Shown here: piece after piece, positions 30,482 through 38,803 of the stretch
Numbering within the stretch: the first letter of the stretch is position 1
How the letters are laid out: every line of letters starts with the position of its first letter
Source: Negativicutes bacterium
GTDB taxonomy: Bacteria > Bacillota > Negativicutes > UBA1444
DNA: 64,000 nucleotides
Assembly: GCA_963665275.2 (NCBI GenBank)
Contig: CAXXIN010000018.1
Span: 288,001 to 352,000 of the forward strand
Direction of reading: 5' to 3'
Notes under the pieces: generated by a model
Database searches by the model: none
Seen by the model: only the letters and a program-made list of their open reading frames with translations
What the model was told of the DNA's origin: nothing
Position numbers and translations under genes: made by a program

Positions 30482-32890
30482 TTGCTGAAACGACAACTTT
30501 CCGTCGCTACTGCATTTTCTTTGGGACTGAATGTGCTGATGGCGCCGATTGCCTCGGCAGAGAATGTCTTGCCGCCGCCGCCGCCTGTTTTCAAAGGCAA
30601 GATTGAACTGCGAGCCAAAGATTCCACGCCGGATTTCCCCAAACCGTTGAGCGCAAAACCCGGCTCGCCCAACGTGCTGCTGATCCTGATCGACGATGAA
30701 GGCTTCGGAGCACCCAGCACCTTCGGTGGTCCGATTGCAACTCCAAACCTCGACAAATTGGCCCAGACCGGAGTCAAATACAACCAGTTTCATACTGCGG
30801 CCCTCAGTTCTCCGACCCGAGCCGCCCTGATCACAGGACGCAATCACCATTCGGTGCATACCGGCGCCATCACGGAGATGGCCACCGGCTTTCCCGGCTA
30901 TGACTCTTTGATGAACCGGACCACGGCAACGATTGGTGAAGTTTTGAAGAATAGCGGCTATTCGACTGCCTGGTTTGGCAAGAATCACAACATCCCAGAC
31001 TGGCAGACCAGCGCGTCCGGACCTTTCGACCTGTGGCCGACCAGTCTCGGGTTTGAACATTTCTATGGATTTATCGGCGGCGAAACGAACCAATGGTCAC
31101 CCGCTCTTTACAACGGGACCGTGCCTGTCGATCCCTACCTCGACAAACCGGACTATCACCTGACCACCGATCTGGCAGACAAAGCGATTTCCCATATCCA
31201 GCTGCAACATGCTTTGGCTCCTGAGAAGCCTCTGTTTGTCTACTGGGCGCCGGGCGCGACGCATGCGCCGCATCACGCGCCGCAGGCATGGATCGACAAA
31301 TTCAAGGGTCAGTTCGACCATGGCTGGGACAAGCAGCGCGAAATCACTTTCGCCCGTCAGAAGGAACTGGGGATCATCCCGCCCGATACCGTATTGACGC
31401 CGCGTCCGGCGGCAATTCCCGCCTGGGACAGCGCGACGGCGGACGAGAAAAAAATGTATGCCCACATGATGGAAACCTATGCCGGCTTTTTGGCCCACAC
31501 CGATCATGAGGCAGGCCGTATTCTTGAACAACTGGAAAAATCGGGTATTCGTGACAATACTCTGGTAATCTACATCAGCGGCGACAATGGCGCCAGTGGT
31601 GAAGGCACCCCCGAAGGTCTTGTCAACGAGACAAACTTCTTCAATGGCATCCCTGAGCCCATGGAACTCAAAGTCAGATCTATCGAACAATGGGGCGACA
31701 AATCCACTTATCCGCACTATCCGGTGGGCTGGGCCTGGGCCATGGATACGCCGTTCCAGTGGGTGAAGCAGGTGGCCTCTCATTATGGCGGCACCCGCAA
31801 CGGCCTGGTCATTTCCTGGCCGGATCGAATCAAGGCCGGCGGACTCCGCAGCCAGTGGCACCATGTCATTGACATCGTGCCGACCATCCTGGAAGCGGCC
31901 GGCATACCCCAACCGGAGGTCGTAAATGGGGTCAGGCAGTCTCCCATCGAGGGAGTCAGCATGGTCTACACCTTTAATGATGCCAACGCGCCGGACCGGC
32001 ACACCACCCAATACTTCGAGATTCTCGGCAATCGAGGCATTTACCACGAAGGCTGGGTTGCCTGCACTTCCCCGGCAGCGCTGCCATGGGTAGCAGCTGC
32101 TACGAAGGATGATGTCATCACCGGTTACAAATGGGAACTGTACCATGTGGACAAAGACTTTTCCGAAGCGGTCAATCTGGCTGAAAAATATCCGGCGAAA
32201 CTGAAGGAACTGCAAGACCTGTTCTATGCTGAGGCAAAGAAATACAACGCTCTGCCGCTGGATGACAGCAAGCTCGACCGTTTAAACCCGGCCATCCGTC
32301 CGAGCCTTACCCGGGGCAGGGACACCTTTACCTATTATGCCGGCATGAGCCGCATCCCGCGCGGCGCGGCGCCTGATTTGCTGAATCGTTCCTGGTCCAT
32401 CTCGGCCGATGTGGCGCTTCCGGACAACGGAAACGGCATGATCATCACTCATGGCGGTCGCTTCGGCGGTTATGGCCTGTATATGCTCGAAGGCAAGGCG
32501 GTTTATTCGTACAACATGAACGGCATGGTTCGGGCAGATATTGCTTCCTCTGGCAAGATACCTGCAGGAAAACATAACATCACCGTGGATTTTCAATATG
32601 ACGGCGGCGGCCTTGCCAAAGCCGGAATCGCAACCATTCTGGCGGATGGTGCGCAGGTCGCTCAGGGTCGGGTGGAAATGACCACCCCTGTTCTGTTATC
32701 GGCCGATGAGACTCTGGACATTGGCGAGGATTTTGGGACACCGGTAACTGAAGCCTATCAGGTACCCTTCCGTTTCAACGGCAAGATCGAGCAAGTCACG
32801 ATCAAAATCCAACCGATCGACCCAGTTGCCGAGGAGCAATTGGGGATCATTAAACCGGCGGCCGAACTGAAGAAAAAAATCAGCGATTGA
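30482..32890 (+). CDS. Exported arylsulfatase (Ser-type formylglycine enzyme) with C-terminal beta-sandwich domain
   Basis: PNVLLILIDDEG, ALSSPTRAALITGR (S-x-P-x-R), GKNH, THAPH, GDNG, WELY; signal peptide. Confidence 0.93.
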   Translation: MLKRQLSVATAFSLGLNVLMAPIASAENVLPPPPPVFKGKIELRAKDSTPDFPKPLSAKPGSPNVLLILIDDEGFGAPSTFGGPIATPNLDKLAQTGVKYNQFHTAALSSPTRAALITGRNHHSVHTGAITEMATGFPGYDSLMNRTTATIGEVLKNSGYSTAWFGKNHNIPDWQTSASGPFDLWPTSLGFEHFYGFIGGETNQWSPALYNGTVPVDPYLDKPDYHLTTDLADKAISHIQLQHALAPEKPLFVYWAPGATHAPHHAPQAWIDKFKGQFDHGWDKQREITFARQKELGIIPPDTVLTPRPAAIPAWDSATADEKKMYAHMMETYAGFLAHTDHEAGRILEQLEKSGIRDNTLVIYISGDNGASGEGTPEGLVNETNFFNGIPEPMELKVRSIEQWGDKSTYPHYPVGWAWAMDTPFQWVKQVASHYGGTRNGLVISWPDRIKAGGLRSQWHHVIDIVPTILEAAGIPQPEVVNGVRQSPIEGVSMVYTFNDANAPDRHTTQYFEILGNRGIYHEGWVACTSPAALPWVAAATKDDVITGYKWELYHVDKDFSEAVNLAEKYPAKLKELQDLFYAEAKKYNALPLDDSKLDRLNPAIRPSLTRGRDTFTYYAGMSRIPRGAAPDLLNRSWSISADVALPDNGNGMIITHGGRFGGYGLYMLEGKAVYSYNMNGMVRADIASSGKIPAGKHNITVDFQYDGGGLAKAGIATILADGAQVAQGRVEMTTPVLLSADETLDIGEDFGTPVTEAYQVPFRFNGKIEQVTIKIQPIDPVAEEQLGIIKPAAELKKKISD

Positions 32891-32917
32891 CCCAAATGTT
32901 GAATAAGGGGGAGCCTT

Positions 32918-34339
32918 ATGGGCAAGAAGAAAGAAAAAGCAGGTAAGGGCAAAGAAAAAACGTTGCATCAGGAGAAGAGCTGCTCAAAAACATATCAGGT
33001 GAGATACGCTGCAGGGAAAGCACTACGGCAGTCCTGCCCGCACTCAGCGCATGCGATATGGGAACCTGCTTCAGACCGCCCAGATCCTGTAAAATTGGTT
33101 CTTGAGTCCGAGAAGGAACGAGTGCCCGAACTGCTTCCTCTCCGCCACGGCCGCATGGTTCGTTCCCCTTTTACTTTTTACCGAGGCTCAGCGCTCATCA
33201 TGGCTGATGATCTTTCTTCCACGCCAAACACCGGGGTTTACGTTCAATGCTGTGGCGACGCTCATCTGTGCAACTTCGGCGGGTTTGCCACTCCGGAGCG
33301 AAAAATCATTTTTTCGATCAACGACCTTGATGAGACACATCCAGCTCCATGGGAATGGGATGTCAAGCGCCTTGCCGCTAGCTTCGTGCTGGCCTGTCGG
33401 GACAACGGCCTGAAAGAATCGGAGGCTAGGGATTGCGTCCAGACCTGCGTCCGCACATATCGGGAGTATATGGCCGAATACAGCCGGATGAAGACACTGG
33501 ATCTCTGGTATGAATCATTGGGGCCGGAAAAATTAATACCAGAAGGCAACGATAAGATTCGAAAACGCATGAATAAACGCATCGAAAAAGAACAGGCAAA
33601 GAGTCGTGGCGAAGAGCTGTTTCCCAAATTGGCGGAACAAAGGGATGGCAATCCAATCATCAAGGACTTGCTCCCCACAATCTTCCACAATGATGAACTT
33701 ACTCCCGGAACCATCAATCAGAATATTGTCAATGCGTTTGCAGAATATCGCGAAACCCTCCCCTCGGCCTATCAGTCCCTGCTGGACAGGTATCAAATTA
33801 GGGATGCCGCAGCGAAAGTAGTGGGAGTGGGAAGTGTCGGAACCGCCTGCATGGTCTTGCTTCTAACTGCGGACGAAAATGATCCGCTTTTCCTTCAGGT
33901 AAAAGAAGCGCGGGCCTCGGTTCTGGAATCCTACACAAAGCCTAGCGTTTTTCCGAATCATGGCCAGCGCGTCGTGAATGGCTACCGGTTGATGTTGCCG
34001 GCCAGCGATATGTTTCTCGGTTGGAGCCGGGGACCCAAGCGCGATTTCTTTTTCCGTCAGTTACGGGACACGAAAATCAGCATCCGCGTAGAAACATTTG
34101 GATCTTTCGAGATGAATCTCTTTGCTAATTGGTGCGGTAGAGCTCTCGCACTCTCCCATGCCCGGTTTGGAAACTCCGCAACTCTCAGCGGGTATATGGG
34201 AACAAAGGATACCTTTGACCAGGCAATAGTGGACTTCTCCGTCGCATACGCTGATCAGAGCGAGAAAGATCATGCTGATTTCGCCAACGAGATCCGTGAG
34301 GGTACAGTGAAAGCTCTTTTTGAAGAAGAGGAGGCTTGA
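32918..34339 (+). CDS. DUF2252 domain protein (kinase-like fold)
   Basis: R.GRM..SPF.FYRGSA, CGDAHLCNFG, NDLDE, PWEWDVKRL, VVGVGSVG, LQVKEA. Confidence 0.9.
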   Translation: MGKKKEKAGKGKEKTLHQEKSCSKTYQVRYAAGKALRQSCPHSAHAIWEPASDRPDPVKLVLESEKERVPELLPLRHGRMVRSPFTFYRGSALIMADDLSSTPNTGVYVQCCGDAHLCNFGGFATPERKIIFSINDLDETHPAPWEWDVKRLAASFVLACRDNGLKESEARDCVQTCVRTYREYMAEYSRMKTLDLWYESLGPEKLIPEGNDKIRKRMNKRIEKEQAKSRGEELFPKLAEQRDGNPIIKDLLPTIFHNDELTPGTINQNIVNAFAEYRETLPSAYQSLLDRYQIRDAAAKVVGVGSVGTACMVLLLTADENDPLFLQVKEARASVLESYTKPSVFPNHGQRVVNGYRLMLPASDMFLGWSRGPKRDFFFRQLRDTKISIRVETFGSFEMNLFANWCGRALALSHARFGNSATLSGYMGTKDTFDQAIVDFSVAYADQSEKDHADFANEIREGTVKALFEEEEA

Positions 34340-34454
34340 ACGAGGAAATCCTCAAAATGGTCTTTAATATCAGCAATCAGCGCAGCCTTTATTGGTTCGA
34401 TTACCGAGGCGGATACAGAGAAAGTGCAAAATTGACACAATTCAGGAGGCGTCC

Positions 34455-34934
34455 GTGACAATAGCAAAGAATAATTATTGCGTGGCGGCACTTTTACTCC
34501 TGGTGTTTGTAGGGGTCGTTTTTGCCGGCGACATACTCTTCCAACAGTGTACTCCCATGTGGTGGGTCGGAAGCTATGAAAAATGGTTTAAGGCTATTGA
34601 TCTCATCATTTCACTTGATCCCCATGTCATTGTCCCTGGACACGTGCCAGTGTGCGGGGTTGAAGATGCGATGGAAATGAAGGCCTATCTCGAATACGTT
34701 CGCAAAGAATCACGACGGTACTTTGATCAAGGGATCTCCTCGATGGAAGCTTCCAAAAAGATCGACCTGGGAAAATATGTCGAATGGCGAGCCCCGGCTC
34801 GACTCTATCTAAACGTCGAACGGGCTTATCGGGAAATCCGTTACGAACCGGAGGACGCACCCTGGGATTTGGCTAAAAGCTTTGATTCGATCTATCAACT
34901 AGCGAAAGCGCGAGGGCTCAAGATTGAGTTCTAG
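34455..34934 (+). pseudogene. Chimeric or truncated MBL-fold hydrolase (C-terminal half only)
   Basis: GVVFAGDILF...IVPGH are C-terminal MBL motifs and HxHxDH is absent. They are preceded by an unrelated hydrophobic leader after RBS AGGAGG. Confidence 0.65.
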
Positions 34935-35104
34935 TGAACGAGCGGGGAGAAGTGCGTGTTGCATCACGAGAAAATGTACTCAATCTTTAACGATTTCACA
35001 GGCCAATTAAAGCCAGATTTGTTATGCTAGTGAGCGGGCTAATTTGGCTTGAAGCGCAGCGATGTTTCGTGCAAAATCCTCAAAATTTACACTTGCCTCA
35101 TTGA

Positions 35105-35335
35105 TTACGTGAAGTGGATATTAGTGTTGAGATTGATGAACGCAATGAAAAGATCGGTTACAAAATTCGTGAAGCTCAGATGGAAAAAGTTCCATTCATG
35201 CTGCTGCTGGGTGATAAGGAAGAAGAAGCTAATGCCGTGGCCGTTCGTGTCCGTGGCAAGGGAGACGTGGGAACGATGCAGTTCGCCGCGTTCCAGGACA
35301 TGGTACTGGAAACCATTAAGACCAAAGCTCAATAG
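35105..35335 (+). pseudogene. thrS: Duplicated 3' end of thrS (anticodon-binding domain fragment)
   Basis: 76 codons matching the ThrS C-terminus with 7 aa differences; no obvious RBS. Confidence 0.9.
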
Positions 35336-35355
35336 TCAACACATTAAACATACGA

Positions 35356-35397
35356 GAAGGGGCTGCATCGAAATATGCGTTTCGGTGCAGCCCCTTC
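35356..35397. terminator. Terminator after the thrS fragment (convergent with yigZ)
   Basis: GAAGGGGCTGCATCGAAAT ATGC GTTTCGGTGCAGCCCCTTC; homologous to the 27700-27739 hairpin. Confidence 0.8.
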
Positions 35398-35401
35398 GTT
35401 A

Positions 35402-36040
35402 TTACTCCACATAATCATTTTCAGCATAGGCGATTCCTTGCTCGGAAAAGTAGGCAGCGCCTGCGGTAATGTCAGTGGCAAGCTTTTGCAACCGGAACTC
35501 CTGTCCAGATTCAACCAAGACATATAGGCGGACCAGGTCGGTGAATCGCTTGTCTGTGATGGTATAACCTTGAGTAATTAAAATATTTTCCAGAAGACCC
35601 AGTAAATTGTAAGCAATGTCGATGCCGATCCGGGAATGCAGGACGCGTTCGACAATGCCTGCTGCACGAATTCCTTCTGAGGCGCTTTTGCCATAAGCAC
35701 GGATTAGACCGCCGCTGCCCAGCTTGATACCGCCGAAATATCGTGTGACAACGATCGTAGTGTCACATAGCTGGCTTTTGCGGATTACTTCCCAAATAGG
35801 TTTGCCTGCCGTGCCGACGGGTTCCCCATCATCGTCGGATTTTTGAAACTCGTCGCGCGAGCCGGCAATGCATGCAAAACAGTTGTGGGTGGCATCGTGG
35901 TGCTGTTTGCGTATTCCCACCAGAAAGTCCAGCGCCTGTTTTTCGGTTTCCGTGCGCGCAACATGAGCGATGAAACAAGATTTATTGATTTCCAGCGTGG
36001 CTTTGGCGGCAGTTTTGATTGTAAGATAGTGTTTATGCAA
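35402..36040 (-). CDS. yigZ: YigZ/IMPACT family protein
   Basis: HDATHNC, SDDDGEP.GTAG, VTRYFGGIKLG.GGLIRAY; likely TTG start at 36040 after AGGGGA. Confidence 0.9.
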   Translation of the reverse strand: MHKHYLTIKTAAKATLEINKSCFIAHVARTETEKQALDFLVGIRKQHHDATHNCFACIAGSRDEFQKSDDDGEPVGTAGKPIWEVIRKSQLCDTTIVVTRYFGGIKLGSGGLIRAYGKSASEGIRAAGIVERVLHSRIGIDIAYNLLGLLENILITQGYTITDKRFTDLVRLYVLVESGQEFRLQKLATDITAGAAYFSEQGIAYAENDYVE

Positions 36041-36130
36041 AATGCATCCCCTATGCACAATATGCGAATATCCAATATTTCTGCCTGCGTGAGAGGTGAA
36101 TTTCTGCATATCAGGCAAGAACTTGATTAA

Positions 36131-37033
36131 TCAGGAAGTTGTCTGAATGAATACTTTGACCCGATTTCCGTTTCCCAGATATTCGACTTTATTTAGATAG
36201 ATTTTATTAGCCATGGCGATTCCTCTGCCGTGAAGATCGAATATCCTTTCTTGGGTAAAGTCCAAATAGGGTTCAAAGTGAAAACCGTTTCCCTGATCGG
36301 TAATTATTATAGAGAAACCGTCAGGCTGGTGCTCGACATCCACGAAGACCCGACGGTCTTTATAACGCGGATCAGCAAGGCGATTATCAATTTCCGTCAT
36401 CCATTGTTGGTCCATTAATAATATAGTTTTGTCTTTGTAGGATATCTCCAGGTTGCCATGTTCGATTGAGTTGATGAAAAGTTCATATAAACCCAGACGA
36501 GTAGGGTCGGGTTCAGGGCAGAGGTTACTGAGCAAATAGGAAAGAGATTTTGCTTCTTCAAGAGTACTGAATTGATACGAAGTTTGGGTTGTTAATCGCA
36601 ATGCGGTCTGTAAGTAATTCACATCTTGTTTGAGGCTATCTCTTTCTCGATCAAACCGGATCGTGGACTGGATCATCGAAAGAAGTAAGCTGATATTAAC
36701 CGGTTTGGCCAGGTATCCATGCGCTCCAGCCTGGAGCCCTTCAACAAAGTCGCCTAATTCGGCAAGGCCTGTTTGCATGATCACGGGAATATTGCGCAGT
36801 GCTTTCTCGGCTTTCATTCGTCGTAGAAAAATGATGCTGTTTGATTCCGGCATCTGTCGATCCAGCAAAACCAGGCCAAAAGAATCTGGTTCAGTCAAAA
36901 GGAGACGCCACGCAACTTCACTATTATCTGCAGGAATCGCTACAAAACCCTGTGCGTTCAGAGCTTCGGTCAGAAGCTTTAAAGTTGCGGGATTGTCGTC
37001 CATGATCAGAATTTGAGTGTTTTGATTTTCCAT
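36131..37033 (-). CDS. Response regulator receiver fused to an RsbW-like HATPase domain
   Basis: REC (ILIMDD, LLDRQMP, YLAKP); ELFINSIEHGN, DQGNGF and GRGI ATP-binding boxes. Confidence 0.85.
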   Translation of the reverse strand: MENQNTQILIMDDNPATLKLLTEALNAQGFVAIPADNSEVAWRLLLTEPDSFGLVLLDRQMPESNSIIFLRRMKAEKALRNIPVIMQTGLAELGDFVEGLQAGAHGYLAKPVNISLLLSMIQSTIRFDRERDSLKQDVNYLQTALRLTTQTSYQFSTLEEAKSLSYLLSNLCPEPDPTRLGLYELFINSIEHGNLEISYKDKTILLMDQQWMTEIDNRLADPRYKDRRVFVDVEHQPDGFSIIITDQGNGFHFEPYLDFTQERIFDLHGRGIAMANKIYLNKVEYLGNGNRVKVFIQTTS

Positions 37034-37281
37034 TTGCGACGCTCCACTTCTGTTGATGACGTAAGGGTTCATCTGGGTTACATTATAACATGAATGCTTC
37101 TGCCAATTTGTATGAATCCCACCTGTATTCCTGCCAATAGCCACCAACATCAAACCATCCAATTTTCACATGGAAGCCTTGTCAATATTGAGAAGGTGTT
37201 TTTATTGGATGGGTTATGGTATCAAAAGATTGGGCGGTATAGTAATTTGTCACGATGCAGGGGGAATATTTTCCTTCGGTG

Positions 37282-37310
37282 TTGACTTGCAGGGCAAGGG
37301 ATGATAATAT
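37282..37310 (+). promoter_or_regulatory. sigma-A promoter of the infC operon
   Basis: TTGACT, 17 nt, TAATAT. Confidence 0.7.
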
Positions 37311-37317
37311 TTATAAC

Positions 37318-37455
37318 GCAAGTAGAAGCCATCCGCTTCTCACCTTACAACGCTGAGGCTGTTGGTAAGGTCAACGGAGTAAACATCAGCGCAGTAGCGC
37401 AAGTTAGATGTTTGTTTTCAGCAGCGGGTGGAGAAATCCATCCGCTTTTGTTTTG
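37318..37455 (+). ncRNA. L20 leader (ribosomal protein autoregulatory attenuator)
   Basis: AGTAGAAGCCATCCGCTTCTCACC... and terminator GCGGGTGGA gaaa TCCATCCGC TTTTGTTTT upstream of infC-rpmI-rplT. Confidence 0.85.
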
Positions 37456-37484
37456 CCAAAAAAAAGTGGAAGAGGTGAGAGACA

Positions 37485-38087
37485 ATTAGTAAAGAAACAC
37501 TGAGGATTAATGAAGAAATCCGAGCCCGGGAAGTGCGCGTAGTAAGCGCCAATAATGAACAGCTGGGAATCATGAGCTTGCGTGATGCTCTCCAAATGGC
37601 TGCTGAACAGCAGCTTGATCTGGTTGAGGTCGCTGCAGCTGCGAAACCTCCAGCCTGTCGTATCATGGACTTTGGTAAGTTTCGGTTTGAACAGCAGAAG
37701 CGTGATAAAGAAGCCAAGAAAAAACAAAAGGTCATCACGCTCAAGGAAGTCAAACTTCGGCCAAATATCGAAGATCATGATTACGAAGTGAAGAAGAAAA
37801 ATGCCCAACGTTTTATCGCTGACGGGGACAAAGTCAAAGTGACCATCATGTTCCGCGGACGCGAGCTCGCTCATCCTGAACTGGGACGCCAGATATTGGT
37901 GCGGATGGCCAATGAAATGAAAGAGCCGGCCATCGTTGAACGCGAGCCCAAAATTGAGGGAAGAAATATGTTCATGATTTTGACGCCCCGGCCCGCCAAG
38001 GTGCAACAAGCGCCTGCGAAGCCTGGAGCTCAGATCCAAAACGCCGTAGCTCAACCTGTAGCTGCGCCACAAAAGAAGGAGGATTAA
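37485..38087 (+). CDS. infC: Translation initiation factor IF-3 (ATT start)
   Basis: RBS GAGGTG, then ATT AGT AAA GAA ACA CTG AGG ATT AAT GAA GAA ATC in frame; KEVKLRPNI, MFRGRE. Confidence 0.95.
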   Translation: MSKETLRINEEIRAREVRVVSANNEQLGIMSLRDALQMAAEQQLDLVEVAAAAKPPACRIMDFGKFRFEQQKRDKEAKKKQKVITLKEVKLRPNIEDHDYEVKKKNAQRFIADGDKVKVTIMFRGRELAHPELGRQILVRMANEMKEPAIVEREPKIEGRNMFMILTPRPAKVQQAPAKPGAQIQNAVAQPVAAPQKKED

Positions 38088-38090
38088 GCA

Positions 38091-38288
38091 ATGCCGAAAA
38101 TGAAGACTCGCCGAGCCGCCGCAAAACGGTTTAAGATAACCGGTTCCGGTGAATTCAAACGATCCAAGTCATTCCACAGTCACATTCTTGAATCCAAATC
38201 TCCCAAACGCAAACGCAATCTTCGTAAGGCTGGATTGGTCAGCAAGTCCGATCATGAACGCGTTCGCAAAATGCTTCCCTACGCATAA
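38091..38288 (+). CDS. rpmI: 50S ribosomal protein L35
   Basis: [20 protein letters not shown]. Confidence 0.97.
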   Translation: MPKMKTRRAAAKRFKITGSGEFKRSKSFHSHILESKSPKRKRNLRKAGLVSKSDHERVRKMLPYA

Positions 38289-38317
38289 AAACATAGTTTT
38301 GAAAGGAGGATGTTCCA

Positions 38318-38674
38318 ATGCCAAGAGTTAAAAAAGGCGTGACAGCACACGCACGTCATAAAAAAATACTGAAAATGGCTTCCGGTTATCGTGGAGCTCG
38401 TCGCCGCCAGTATCGCAAAGCAAACGAAACCGTAATGAAAGCCCTCTGGTATGCACGTCATGACCGTCGCGCGCGCAAGGGCGATTTCCGTCGTCTCTGG
38501 ATCGCCAGGATCAACGCCGCTGCCCGTATGAATGGTATTTCTTACAGCCAACTCATGTATGGATTGCATCAGGCTGGTATTGAGGTCAATCGTAAAATTC
38601 TTGCCGATCTGGCAATTAGCGATATGGCTGCTTTCACTAAATTGGTTGATGCTGCAAAAGCGAAACTCGCGTAA
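38318..38674 (+). CDS. rplT: 50S ribosomal protein L20
   Basis: MPRVKKG...[14 protein letters not shown]...NRKILADLA. Confidence 0.98.
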   Translation: MPRVKKGVTAHARHKKILKMASGYRGARRRQYRKANETVMKALWYARHDRRARKGDFRRLWIARINAAARMNGISYSQLMYGLHQAGIEVNRKILADLAISDMAAFTKLVDAAKAKLA

Positions 38675-38683
38675 ACCGTTTTG

Positions 38684-38715
38684 AAAACTCCCGCCGTCAT
38701 GGCGGGAGTTTTTTT
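38684..38715 (+). terminator. Intrinsic terminator after rplT
   Basis: AAAACTCCCGCC gtcat GGCGGGAGTTTTTTT. Confidence 0.92.
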
Positions 38716-38803
38716 CATATTTCGGCGAAATGGAGAAGGTGTTTTGTCAGAAGAATCGAATATTTAACATTAGAAATATCATAACAATAAGGGGGAGTTT
38801 CCA

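Larger units (their letters stand above)
27656..35335. mobile_element. Integrase-less genomic islet bounded by the duplicated thrS 3' end
   Basis: Accessory genes lie between two copies of the thrS 3' end plus terminator. No integrase or transposase is present, so mobility is inferred. Confidence 0.65.

Noticed and set aside
31097-32215. 372-aa antisense ORF and other long shadow ORFs (e.g. 15070-15843, 22033-22833, 37404-38072)
   Set aside because: They lie opposite well-supported genes, have no motifs, and are expected from codon bias.
35105-35335. thrS repeat as an assembly artefact
   Set aside because: The copies differ at many mostly synonymous sites and have distinct terminators, which a collapsed or duplicated assembly would not produce.
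35114-35335. Expressed stand-alone anticodon-binding mini-protein
   Set aside because: No SD before GTG 35114, and the domain's N-terminal part is missing; a remnant is the simpler explanation.
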